This document shows positions 40,457-49,274 of a DNA stretch of 64,000 bases, piece after piece. A program made the translations under genes and the position numbers. A model generated the notes under the pieces. It did not search any database. It had not been told where the DNA came from and saw only the letters and a program-made list of their open reading frames with translations. Source of the DNA: Candidatus Altimarinota bacterium. Lineage in GTDB: Bacteria > Patescibacteriota > Gracilibacteria > UBA1369. The first letter of the stretch is position 1. Every line of letters begins with the position of its first letter. The DNA is taken from contig OY782391.1 in NCBI GenBank assembly GCA_963677745.1, positions 192,448-256,447 on the forward strand, in the 5' to 3' direction.

Positions 40457-40536
40457 GTTTGTTTTCGTTAATAATTTTCGTGAAAATTATAGCTTTTTCA
40501 GCCATATAGTAAAGCCGGAATGAATAATCAATATTT

Positions 40537-41982
40537 TTAAAAACCCAGTTCTTTTTTTAGGGCGTTGATATCTCGCTGCAGTTTCTGATCGATTTTCATC
40601 TGATTGATCACCTTGTTACAGGAATGCATAACCGTCGTATGATTTCTGCCGCCGAAACAATCACCGATCGATTCAAAAGACTGATTGAGAATTTCCCGTA
40701 TCAAATACATGCTGATCTGCCGCGGCCCCATCACTCCTTTTTTCCTGTCGGAACCGATCAATTCACTCTTGGTCAAACCGAAATATTTGGCAACAATGTC
40801 CACCACGTCCTCCAGTCCTCTCACCACAGTCTTATTCTGGTCTTTCAGATCGATGGTTTCCACGCCCTGCTGACTGTTGTTCTTGCGGATCACCTGGGCT
40901 ACCGAACGAATGGTGGGATTGGAATTTTCCAGCTGGGCCTCACCAATGGCGGTCACCAGCACACCAATCATCTCACGCACGCTGTTGGTAACGTTGAAGG
41001 CAATGAATTCCAGTACTTCCGGATCCAGCATCATCTGATATTCGGCGCAGCGGGCCTTGAGAATAGCCAGTCTTGTTTCGAAACTGGGTTTGGCCACCTC
41101 GATCAGCATTCCCATACCGAAACGGCTCTTCAGACGGTCGTCAAATCCTTCCAGTTCGCGCGGCGGACGGTCGGCACTCAGAATAATCTGCTTGCCGTTG
41201 TCGTATAAATCGTTAAAAGTATGGAAAAATTCCTGTTCGGAAGTCGATTTGTTGGCAAAAAACTGGATATCGTCAACGATCAGACAGTCCAGATTGCGAT
41301 ATTCATCCTTGAACGGTTTGGTATGTTTGCGTCCAATCGCTTCGACAATTTTATTGATAAAATGTTCGGCCGTCATATAGACAACCTTTTTCCCGGGATA
41401 ATTTTTCAGAATCTCATGGCCGGTGGCCTGCAATAAATGCGTTTTGCCCAGACCGACGCCGCCATAGATGTAGAGCGGATTATAAATTCCGGCCGGCTTG
41501 GCGCCGACAGCCATACAGGCGGCGTGCACCAGACGATTCTCGCTTCCCGGAATAAAATTGTGCAGGGTGTAGCGCTTGTCCAGAATTTTACTGCGCATAC
41601 CGCCGCCGATATCCACTTCCGGCCGGCCGGGCACTTTGCGAGGTTTGCGGGTGGTGCCGATAATCGCCATAAAACTGTCCTCCGACAATTTATCGGGATG
41701 ATTATCATCGTTGAGAGAAGTTTTCAGTTCATAATTGATGGAAACCAGATCGGGTAAAATCTCCCTGATCAAAGGCATTATTTTATCGTGATATTTATTG
41801 CGGACATGTTCGGGACCGATAATGGAGGCAAAGCCGATCAACAGCACCCCGTCACGATAGGAAAGAATGGCGCTTTTCATGAAAAACGACAGAAAATCAT
41901 TGCGATTGTCTTCCGTATAAATTCGGGAAAGAATCTTTTCCCAGGTAGCTTTCAGATCAATTTGTGTTAGCTCCTGGGTCAT
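40537..41982 (-). CDS. dnaA: Chromosomal replication initiator protein DnaA
   Basis: Walker A GGVGLGKTHL, Walker B LIVDDIQF, sensor motifs, and C-terminal domain IV (RQISMYLIRE ... GGRNHTTVMHSCNKV). Confidence 0.95.
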   Translation of the reverse strand: MTQELTQIDLKATWEKILSRIYTEDNRNDFLSFFMKSAILSYRDGVLLIGFASIIGPEHVRNKYHDKIMPLIREILPDLVSINYELKTSLNDDNHPDKLSEDSFMAIIGTTRKPRKVPGRPEVDIGGGMRSKILDKRYTLHNFIPGSENRLVHAACMAVGAKPAGIYNPLYIYGGVGLGKTHLLQATGHEILKNYPGKKVVYMTAEHFINKIVEAIGRKHTKPFKDEYRNLDCLIVDDIQFFANKSTSEQEFFHTFNDLYDNGKQIILSADRPPRELEGFDDRLKSRFGMGMLIEVAKPSFETRLAILKARCAEYQMMLDPEVLEFIAFNVTNSVREMIGVLVTAIGEAQLENSNPTIRSVAQVIRKNNSQQGVETIDLKDQNKTVVRGLEDVVDIVAKYFGLTKSELIGSDRKKGVMGPRQISMYLIREILNQSFESIGDCFGGRNHTTVMHSCNKVINQMKIDQKLQRDINALKKELGF

Positions 41983-42138
41983 GGAATTTTCCTAAAAAAT
42001 CTAAAAGCCCGTCGATATTAAACAAATAAAAATTCCACTTCAAGACCAGATTCGATTTCATAAAATAGTATCAAAAATCTTTCAAGCTCAAGTGAAATTT
42101 GTCTAAAAAAACTGAACACGACCCGCGGTTTCCGGCGG

Positions 42139-43773
42139 CTATTTGACGAAAAGACGGACAATATCGTTGAACGTCACCAGGAAGATCAAAAGCATCAAAA
42201 CCAGGAAACCGAAGACGTGAATCAGCGCCTCCCAGCGCGGATTCAGTTTTCTGCCGATCAGGGCGGGTATCAAAATCAGGAAAAACCTTCCGCCGTCCAG
42301 GCCCGGAAAAGGCAGGATGTTGATAATTCCCAAACTCAGCGACAATAAAGCGGTGAAGCGCAACAGGGACATAAACCCTTCCTGCACGAATACAAAGGTC
42401 ATCTGGGCGATGCCGACCGGGCCGGCGACGCCTTCAGGAACGGACAGCCTGGTAAAGATGCTGCCCAGCACATTCACAAACATTTCGGCGGTCAGAACGG
42501 AGAGCCGGCCCATTTCCAGAATGGCCTGGCCAAGTGCCTGCCAGACGGGATAGGAGACATCGGAAATTTTCATGATGGAATAAGGCAGGGTTTTGGTATA
42601 GAAAACCAGACCGGACTGGTCCGGAACGATGGTTTCGGAAAGCAGCACCCCGATCCGTCCCCCCTCTCCCTTTCGTACATAAAACTCAATTTCGGATCCG
42701 GCACGGCGCACCACATAAACCATCTTGTCCTTAATCTGCTCGGTCTTCAGAGCCTTTTGAAAATCCCCTGCACCGGTCAGTTTGACGCCGTTGATCGACA
42801 GCACTTCATCCCCTTCCAGGATCCCGGCGGTTTCGGCATTCGATCCGGTTATAACTCCGCTGATAATAATCGGCTGAATCTCCTGTTTGGCAAGGGAATC
42901 GGACTCCGCGGTCACCATCGGGAAAATACTGCCGTTGGCAACTCCGTTCTGCTTGATCACATCAATCAAAGGCTGTTTGGTGGAAATCAGCTCACGCTGC
43001 AAATCTTCCGGCGTAAAAATCATCCGTCCGTTAATCCGATCAATAATATCTCCGGTCTGCAATCCGAAACGGTTCTGTGGATCCACCCTCTTCACCACCA
43101 GCTTGGGAATACCCATGGGATCATAGGCCGTAAAAAACGGTTTTTTAGAATCATTGATACCGGTCAGATCCACTGCCGTATTGCCGCGCTTAACATGAAA
43201 AGTGACTTTCTCCCGATCCTTCAGATTCTCTACTTCATCACCCAAAGTAATCTTCACGCCGTTGACCGACAATATTCGGTCGCCGGGCATAAAACCGATA
43301 TCATTGGCGCCATTTTCTTTGACAATAATCCCCTGCTCCAGTTGCACAACGCCGTTATTGATACCGTTATAGACATCATCCGGAGTAACAAACAAAGGCT
43401 GCATACCCCAGGTCAAACCGATAGTAAGCAGTACGAAAGCCAGCAAAAAATTCATCAGAACACCCGCCACCACCACAGCCATTTTCTTCCAGGGCTTCTG
43501 GGCGGCAAAACTTTTTTTATCTTTCAAAACTTTGGCACTATGGCTGTCTTCGCCATAAAGTCGGACAAATCCGCCAAAAGGAATAGCGTTGATGGAGTAA
43601 AGAGTCTCACTCTTTTTCGGTTTAAATCCCCACAACCGGGGCGGCAGTCCCAGACCGAATTCAGTCACTTTGATTCCGCAACGGCGAGCCACCGTAAAAT
43701 GTCCCAGCTCGTGGATCAGAATCAGCAGAGAAAAAATGACCACAAAAGCAATCACCGATAACAACCAAATCAT
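42139..43773 (-). CDS. rseP: Site-2 zinc metalloprotease RseP (M50) with PDZ domains
   Basis: HELGHF near the N-terminus, two or more PDZ-like segments, and a C-terminal NILPFPGLDGG motif. Confidence 0.9.
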   Translation of the reverse strand: MIWLLSVIAFVVIFSLLILIHELGHFTVARRCGIKVTEFGLGLPPRLWGFKPKKSETLYSINAIPFGGFVRLYGEDSHSAKVLKDKKSFAAQKPWKKMAVVVAGVLMNFLLAFVLLTIGLTWGMQPLFVTPDDVYNGINNGVVQLEQGIIVKENGANDIGFMPGDRILSVNGVKITLGDEVENLKDREKVTFHVKRGNTAVDLTGINDSKKPFFTAYDPMGIPKLVVKRVDPQNRFGLQTGDIIDRINGRMIFTPEDLQRELISTKQPLIDVIKQNGVANGSIFPMVTAESDSLAKQEIQPIIISGVITGSNAETAGILEGDEVLSINGVKLTGAGDFQKALKTEQIKDKMVYVVRRAGSEIEFYVRKGEGGRIGVLLSETIVPDQSGLVFYTKTLPYSIMKISDVSYPVWQALGQAILEMGRLSVLTAEMFVNVLGSIFTRLSVPEGVAGPVGIAQMTFVFVQEGFMSLLRFTALLSLSLGIINILPFPGLDGGRFFLILIPALIGRKLNPRWEALIHVFGFLVLMLLIFLVTFNDIVRLFVK

Positions 43774-43792
43774 CAGATTTTAATTTTATATT

Positions 43793-44353
43793 TTAAACTT
43801 TCATCACATCGGCCTCTTTTTCCTTGGCAGCCTTCTCGATAGTTTCATTGGCTTTATCAACATGTTCCTGAATCTTCTTTTCAGCCAGTTTCTGCTGATC
43901 CTCGGTAATCTGTTCGGCGGCTTTCATTTTCTTCACATCTTCCATCACACCGTGCCTGGAATTGCGCACTCCGATCTTGGCTTCCTCGGCCATCTTGGAA
44001 ACCACTTTAACCAGTTCTTTGCGGCGTTCCTCGGTCAACTGGGGAATATTCAGTCTGATCACAATACCGTCATTCTGCGGATTCAGTCCGATCTCAGCCA
44101 TCATAATAGCCTTTTCAATGGCCTGCAAAGTACCTCTGTCCCAGGGCTGAATCTGGATGGTTTTGGCATCCGGCACGCTGATGCTGGAAATAGCCTTCAA
44201 TGGCTGCATTACGCCATAAGCCTCCACCACGATTCTCTCCACCAGAGCGGCACTGGCCCGTCCGATCTGCAGACCGGCAAACTCATCATGTAAATGATCA
44301 ATGGTCTTTTTGATATCCTCTTCCAGTGTTTTTTGTAATTGCTCCAGTGTCAT
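43793..44353 (-). CDS. frr: Ribosome recycling factor
   Basis: GRASAALVERIVVEAYG, IQPWD, LNIPQLTEERRKELVK. I chose the internal ATG at 44353, giving 186 aa. Confidence 0.9.
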   Translation of the reverse strand: MTLEQLQKTLEEDIKKTIDHLHDEFAGLQIGRASAALVERIVVEAYGVMQPLKAISSISVPDAKTIQIQPWDRGTLQAIEKAIMMAEIGLNPQNDGIVIRLNIPQLTEERRKELVKVVSKMAEEAKIGVRNSRHGVMEDVKKMKAAEQITEDQQKLAEKKIQEHVDKANETIEKAAKEKEADVMKV

Positions 44354-44417
44354 ATATTTAGAGGTTATGTTTAATAGATTAAAAACATTTAGTATTGCCG
44401 CGTTGCTGGACAACCGT

Positions 44418-45137
44418 TCAGGACACTCTGGTCCCGATCTTCTTGCCCTTAAGTATTTCTAGCAAATTCTGGGGATGATTCAAGTTAAAGATGACAATCG
44501 GCACCCCCGTCTCCTTGGCCGTGGCCACCGCCGCCAGGTCCATCACGCCCAGCCTTCTGGCCAAAACTTCGTCATAACTGACATCGCGGAGCGGCTTGGC
44601 ATCCTTGAATTTCTTGGGATCCTTGTCGTAGGCATAATCCACATTGGTGGCTTTCACAATCAAATTACAGTTCAGCTCGCCGGCGCGCAGGGCGGCCGCC
44701 ATGTCGGTTGTACAGTAGGGATTGCCGGTTCCCCCGGCGCAAATTACCACCTGGCCTTCGGAGAGCAGTTTCCGTCCCACGCTGCTGTTGAAAGTTTCCA
44801 CCACGCCGCTAACGGGCAGAGCGGACATGGCCTGGGCTTTCACGGCGGCCGCCCGCAATTCGTCCTGCAGGGCAATCGAGTTAATAATAGTGGCCAGCAT
44901 ACCCAGATAATCGGAATTGACCCGGTCCAGATTGGAATCCTTGAAATCACGGTAGCGCCAGAAATTTCCCCCGCCGATCACCACCGCCACCTGGACTTTT
45001 TTGGCGACCAGTTTTTTGATCTCCGCCACCAGCTTGGCCATGAATTTGAAATCAATCTCTTCGCCTGTGGTCCCTCCCAACACTTCCCCGGACAACTTCA
45101 AAAGTATCCTTTTGTATTTCAACGCACCTAAAGCCAT
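44418..45137 (-). CDS. pyrH: UMP kinase
   Basis: KRILLKLSGE, VVIGGGNFWR, ICAGGTGNPYCTTDMAAALRA. Confidence 0.95.
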   Translation of the reverse strand: MALGALKYKRILLKLSGEVLGGTTGEEIDFKFMAKLVAEIKKLVAKKVQVAVVIGGGNFWRYRDFKDSNLDRVNSDYLGMLATIINSIALQDELRAAAVKAQAMSALPVSGVVETFNSSVGRKLLSEGQVVICAGGTGNPYCTTDMAAALRAGELNCNLIVKATNVDYAYDKDPKKFKDAKPLRDVSYDEVLARRLGVMDLAAVATAKETGVPIVIFNLNHPQNLLEILKGKKIGTRVS

Positions 45138-45686
45138 TTATTTGTTAATTAATAAATATGTTACGATCACCCCGATCGCCAGTCCCACCAGAAAAATCAC
45201 CGGTGATTTTTTCTCCTGTTTCTCCTCCACCGCGCTGGCCAGTTCGGTCAGCAGATTGGAGGATAAAATTATGTCCTCATTTTTATTCTGTTCCAGCACC
45301 GACAAAAAATCCTTGGTTGCCACCAGCTGCACAAATTTTTCAAATTTCACCCGGATCAGATCCTTCGGCGAAGCCGCCACATTGGGCATGGAGCTGCCCT
45401 CCTGGGGCGATACTTTGATCACCGCTTTTTCCAGCTTTTCGGCAAAACTCTCCATGCGTTCATTGAGAGTATCCTGATCAAACCTGGGGCTGCGAACGGG
45501 ACGTTCCATAACGGCATCAGTAGTTACGGCGGTGGAAGACGGAACGGCATCAATATGGTGAATCCGAAACGGCAAATCCTCCTTCTCCGTTTCCGATGCG
45601 GCAGCCCTTTCTTTGCCTCTGGACTTCAGATCGAGCACCGAATCATCGGCAATTTCAACCGTTTTGACAGGTCTTTTGATTGGCAT
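45138..45686 (-). CDS. Hypothetical tail-anchored membrane protein
   Basis: The ORF abuts the pyrH start. C-terminal TM VIFLVGLAIGVIVTYLLI. The start is uncertain. The ATG at 45686 avoids overlap with the divergent gene, whereas the track start is 45830. Confidence 0.45.
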   Translation of the reverse strand: MPIKRPVKTVEIADDSVLDLKSRGKERAAASETEKEDLPFRIHHIDAVPSSTAVTTDAVMERPVRSPRFDQDTLNERMESFAEKLEKAVIKVSPQEGSSMPNVAASPKDLIRVKFEKFVQLVATKDFLSVLEQNKNEDIILSSNLLTELASAVEEKQEKKSPVIFLVGLAIGVIVTYLLINK

Positions 45687-45798
45687 ATTGGAAAGATTAT
45701 TTGTTTTTATCTTGGCCCAAATATACACTTGACGCTGAAATTTTTCCATGCCAAATTTCAACTGATTTTTCCACTTCAAATTGATTAATCTACGATAG

Positions 45799-46263
45799 AT
45801 GGAATACAAACTACCACCGATCGGCCGCATCTACATTCAGGATTATGATTATTCCTGCGGGCCCTGCTGCATTCTCAACCTGCTAACCCTGAAAGGCCGT
45901 TACGGCAAATACACTGAAGAAGAAATGATTCTTTTTTGCAATTCCAACGAAACCGAAGGTACAACCCGGGAAGGGCTGATACGGGGACTGGAAAGTTCGG
46001 GACTGGAAATAGCCGAAGAAAAAGAAAATGCCTTGCTTGCCGACATTGACCGCCATCTGGGGAAAAAACATTTTGTGATTGTCAATTACTTCCATCTGTA
46101 CGCCAATGTAGGACATTATGGCGTAATTTTTGACAGCGACCCGGAAGGTTATTATCTGCTGGACAGTTCGCTGGGACTATTACGCCTGGACAAACCGGAT
46201 TTTGAAAAACACTGGCACAGCCATGACAACACCCTGCGGCACCACCTGATTGCCTTGATTTAA
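45799..46263 (+). CDS. Papain-fold cysteine peptidase, C39-like
   Basis: Putative nucleophile context DYDYSCGPCCILNLL and downstream His context NVGHYGVIFDSD. Convergent with the integrase gene. Confidence 0.55.
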   Translation: MEYKLPPIGRIYIQDYDYSCGPCCILNLLTLKGRYGKYTEEEMILFCNSNETEGTTREGLIRGLESSGLEIAEEKENALLADIDRHLGKKHFVIVNYFHLYANVGHYGVIFDSDPEGYYLLDSSLGLLRLDKPDFEKHWHSHDNTLRHHLIALI

Positions 46264-46266
46264 AGT

Positions 46267-47079
46267 TTATAACGGACTGCGGATATGAGTTAAATCACTG
46301 CTACAGACGCTGGTATAAATCTGGGTCGTTCTGATGCTACTATGGCCCAGTAATTCCTGAACATAACGCAGATTCACTCCCGACCGCAACAGATGAGTAG
46401 CAAAACTATGCCTTAAAGCATGAAAAGAAGCCGGTTTATTGATCCCCGATAGTTTTAAGGCCCTCGCAAAAGCCAATTGTGGAGTTCTCACCGAGAGTTT
46501 CCCGCCTCTTTCACTTACAAACAAGTATTCTCCGGGTGGCTTCCCGGAGCACTCTGTTTTAATGTTCATCAGCAACCTTTCTGGCAACAATGTTACTCTC
46601 TGTTTTCGCCCTTTTCCGTGTACTACGCGAATTGTTTTCGTATAGAAATCAATGTCCCGCACTTTTATATTCACCAGTTCATTCACCCTCAGCCCTGCGC
46701 CATAGGCCAGCGCCATCATCAGCTGATGTTTGCGATTTTTCACATTTTTCAACAAAACAATTATTTCCCCATGCTGAAAGACAACCGGCACTTTCAAAGT
46801 CTTTTTGGCAAACTTGATACTGCTCGGGAAATCGCGATCCAGCGCCCACCGGTAAAAAAACTTGATCGCATTCAGATAAAGATTGACGGTCTGCGGTGAA
46901 TAGCCCTGATCACGCTTGGCAATCAGATAAGCTTCCACATTTTGCCGATGGGGAAATTGATAACAGTGATGATTTTTATCCAGATAATCACGGATACAGG
47001 CCATATATGCCTGATGTGTCCTTTCACTGTAGTTCTTCAGCCGGATCTGATCGGACATTTTTGTAAGATATTTGTACAT
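46267..47079 (-). CDS. intI: Tyrosine recombinase, integron-integrase-like but compact (270 aa, no IntI-specific insertion)
   Basis: Catalytic set is present: AGLRVNE (Arg), HGKGRKQR (Lys), HALRHSFATHLL (His-x-x-Arg), LLGHSS (His), TQIYTSV (Tyr). The C-terminal ...IRSPL and N-terminal YSERTHQAYMACIRDYL resemble IntI1 (...[24 protein letters not shown], recalled from memory). Confidence 0.8.
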   Translation of the reverse strand: MYKYLTKMSDQIRLKNYSERTHQAYMACIRDYLDKNHHCYQFPHRQNVEAYLIAKRDQGYSPQTVNLYLNAIKFFYRWALDRDFPSSIKFAKKTLKVPVVFQHGEIIVLLKNVKNRKHQLMMALAYGAGLRVNELVNIKVRDIDFYTKTIRVVHGKGRKQRVTLLPERLLMNIKTECSGKPPGEYLFVSERGGKLSVRTPQLAFARALKLSGINKPASFHALRHSFATHLLRSGVNLRYVQELLGHSSIRTTQIYTSVCSSDLTHIRSPL

Positions 47080-47207
47080 CTATTTCCCCATAATTATTCA
47101 AACCCAAAATACTCCCGCAACCTGACCCCAGAATAAAATTTCCATAAAAACCTTCCTTCCCCCCACAATTTCGCCTAGAATGTCCAAAACTGCCCTCTAT
47201 CCCCAAA

Positions 47208-47232
47208 CCCTAACGCTAGACCGGAGTTGTGC
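47208..47232 (+). other. attI-like simple site (CCCTAAC - 11 nt - GTTGTGC), predicted crossover after G at 47226
   Basis: GTTGTGC at 47226-47232 is the exact reverse complement of the R'' core (GCACAAC) of the first attC. An inverted CCCTAAC box lies at 47208-47214. The site is 147 nt from the recombinase start. Confidence 0.6.
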
Positions 47233-47288
47233 AAAATTGAGAAATTATGTTATTAAAACACCCTGTACATATTTATAATGCATAGTAT

Positions 47289-47453
47289 ATGAAGAAAAAA
47301 TTGGAAAACAAGCCAGAGGGACCATACAGAACAAATGCTTTAGAAAAAGGAAAAGAACGTCCTTTATTAGAAAGAATCGCCTATTACATCGCTGATATTA
47401 GAAAATCAATAAAAGATAGCCAACCTGACTGGTACAAAAAATACGGCCTCTAA
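47289..47453 (+). CDS. Cassette 1 small ORF (54 aa), hypothetical
   Basis: ATG at 47289, TAA at 47451-47453: MKKKLENKPEGPYRTNALEKGKERPLLERIAYYIADIRKSIKDSQPDWYKKYGL. It is below the ORF-track cutoff. It ends 12 nt before attC1. Confidence 0.4.
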   Translation: MKKKLENKPEGPYRTNALEKGKERPLLERIAYYIADIRKSIKDSQPDWYKKYGL

Positions 47454-47465
47454 TTTCTCAACTCC

Positions 47466-47546
47466 GCACAACAGCGCCTGTGCGGTTTGGTTGCGACCTC
47501 TCCCAAATTGCCTGCGGGCAACTTCGCTCAGGCGCGACCGTTATAC
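47466..47546 (+). repeat. attC site 1 (81 bp, short class)
   Basis: R'' is GCACAAC and R' is GTTATAC. The inner arms CGCCTG/CAGGCG pair with asymmetric spacers (AG versus CGACC). Central hairpin TTGCC-TGCG-GGCAA. Confidence 0.8.
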
Positions 47547-47604
47547 GCAATAATTTTGAGAGGTCAAAAAAAGCGTTATGTAAGTTAATGTATTTTCAGA
47601 TAAT

Positions 47605-48312
47605 ATGAGAAAGAACATTTTGATCACAGGCATGCCAAGAAGTGGCAAATCCACCCTTCTTAAGAAAATAATCCCAAAATTTAATCCAAAAGTTGGTTTT
47701 GTGACTAATGAAGTTCGTAAAGACAACGAAAGAGTCGGTTTTGAATTAGAAACACATACCGGACAAAAAACTATGCTTGCACACGTGGACTTCATCACCA
47801 ACTTAAAAGTTTCAAGATATTTTGTAGAGATTAAAAATCTTGATGAAATAATACCAAGCGTAGATAAATTTAATGAGCACGATTTTCTTTTTCTTGATGA
47901 AATAGGACAAATGGAATTGTTCTCTGAAAAATTTAAATTTCTTGTCGAAAAATATCTAGATTCCCCTAATGTTTGTATTGCAGCCTTGTCAAAAGTTTAT
48001 AGTGATGAATTTATTGAAGCTATCAAAAGAAGAAACGATATTTTCCTATTTGAGATCACTGAAGAAAATCGCAATGGAAAAAAAGAATATCTTGAAACTT
48101 TATTGAGAAAAATAGCAAAAGCAAAAAGATATGTTTCTGAACCAAACAGATTCTCAATAAATCAAAATGAAGTTACTATTGCGACAGATCATGGCACAAG
48201 AATACTAACAAAACAAAAAGAAGAATGGATTTGCAATTGTAAATTCTTCAAAGAAAATAAAATATGTAGCCACGTCATTGCACTTGAAGAATATCTGAAA
48301 ATACATAGATAA
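47605..48312 (+). CDS. Cassette 2: THEP1-like NTPase fused to a C-terminal SWIM-type zinc finger
   Basis: Walker A GMPRSGKST and Walker B FLFLDEIG. The layout resembles the NTPase THEP1 family. C-terminus CNCKFFKENKICSH (CxCx9CxH). Confidence 0.7.
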   Translation: MRKNILITGMPRSGKSTLLKKIIPKFNPKVGFVTNEVRKDNERVGFELETHTGQKTMLAHVDFITNLKVSRYFVEIKNLDEIIPSVDKFNEHDFLFLDEIGQMELFSEKFKFLVEKYLDSPNVCIAALSKVYSDEFIEAIKRRNDIFLFEITEENRNGKKEYLETLLRKIAKAKRYVSEPNRFSINQNEVTIATDHGTRILTKQKEEWICNCKFFKENKICSHVIALEEYLKIHR

Positions 48313-48386
48313 AGTACGACCTCTTAAAATTACTTTCTCCTTTCAGTCGAACCACACTGCGCTCTCCTCCTTTCAGTCGTCGGGGC

Positions 48387-48522
48387 GTATAACAGCGCAA
48401 GTGCGGTTCCGCTCCCTTTGGTCGCTCCACCCAACTTTGGCTCCTCTCTTCCAGCAAGTGTGTAAATATTGTACACTTGCTGCGTTCGTAGCCAATGTTC
48501 GCACGTTGCGCGGGCGTTGTGC
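48387..48522 (+). repeat. attC site 2 (136 bp, long class)
   Basis: R'' is GTATAAC and R' is GTTGTGC. The arms CGCAAGTGCG / CGCACGTTGCG pair with bulges. Central hairpin GCAAGTGT...ACACTTGC. It is preceded by a 13-bp direct repeat CTCCTTTCAGTCG (48337 and 48367). Confidence 0.8.
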
Positions 48523-48539
48523 GCAATAATTTTTTCCAA

Positions 48540-49067
48540 ATGATCAAATCATATACTCAAACCACATACGAAACATGCCTAGCCTGCTGTTTATTACAAG
48601 CTACTCAAGTCAATTTTGACAATAAAATGGAACTAGCGGTTATAAATCATTCTTTAAAATATTCCAAAGATGATTTCGTTGCGGGACACCTAGATTTTAT
48701 ACATCAAAAATTTGATAAAAGGATCACCAGGATTGTGGATAATAAGTATTTCCATAACTATCTAAAAAGCATAAAACACCCAAATGTAGATATTAGAGTT
48801 GAAAAGATCGATCTTAAGACTATTGATAAATACATTGCTACGACCCCCATAATCTTATATATCGATTCCTATATTCTATTTAAAGTTAATCATTATCCAC
48901 ATTTCATAACTGTATTAAGCAAAAAAGATGACGAATATCAAATTTTTGACACATGGGATGGAAAAATCAAAAACCTAAAAAGTGTTTTGTTGTCAAAATC
49001 AATTCAATCACTAAGAAATCATCTTAAATTCTGTCCTCAAATTATCATTATTGAAAGGAAAAAATAA
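48540..49067 (+). CDS. Cassette 3: papain-fold C39-like cysteine peptidase
   Basis: TYETCLACCLLQA (Cys context) and NHYPHFITVL (His context). The ATG at 48540 is 18 nt after attC2. The track start at 48495 lies inside the repeat. Confidence 0.55.
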   Translation: MIKSYTQTTYETCLACCLLQATQVNFDNKMELAVINHSLKYSKDDFVAGHLDFIHQKFDKRITRIVDNKYFHNYLKSIKHPNVDIRVEKIDLKTIDKYIATTPIILYIDSYILFKVNHYPHFITVLSKKDDEYQIFDTWDGKIKNLKSVLLSKSIQSLRNHLKFCPQIIIIERKK

Positions 49068-49070
49068 AGC

Positions 49071-49219
49071 GCACAACAGCGCAAGTGCGGTTCCGCTACC
49101 CTCAGCTAAAGCTTCGGGTCGCTCCACCCAACTTTGGCTCCTCTCTTCCAGCAAGTGTTGAAATATTGTACACTTGCTTCGTTCGCAACCAATGTTCGCA
49201 CGTTGCGCGGACGTTGTCT
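49071..49219 (+). repeat. attC site 3 (149 bp, long class)
   Basis: R'' is GCACAAC and R' is GTTGTCT. It is near-identical to attC2 and attC4 apart from a 13-nt insertion. Confidence 0.8.
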
Positions 49220-49274
49220 GCCATTGACAAAAGGGATAGCTAGTTCTATTAATACACCCTATTAATAAAGCACT

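Noticed and set aside
47080-47288. I looked for a cassette promoter (Pc) and a LexA box between the integrase gene and the first cassette.
   Set aside because: Only weak hexamers were found: TAGAAT at 47176 with a poor -35, and TATAAT at 47274 with a poor -35. CTGTACATATTTATAA lacks the distal ACAG of a LexA box. This is not strong enough to annotate.
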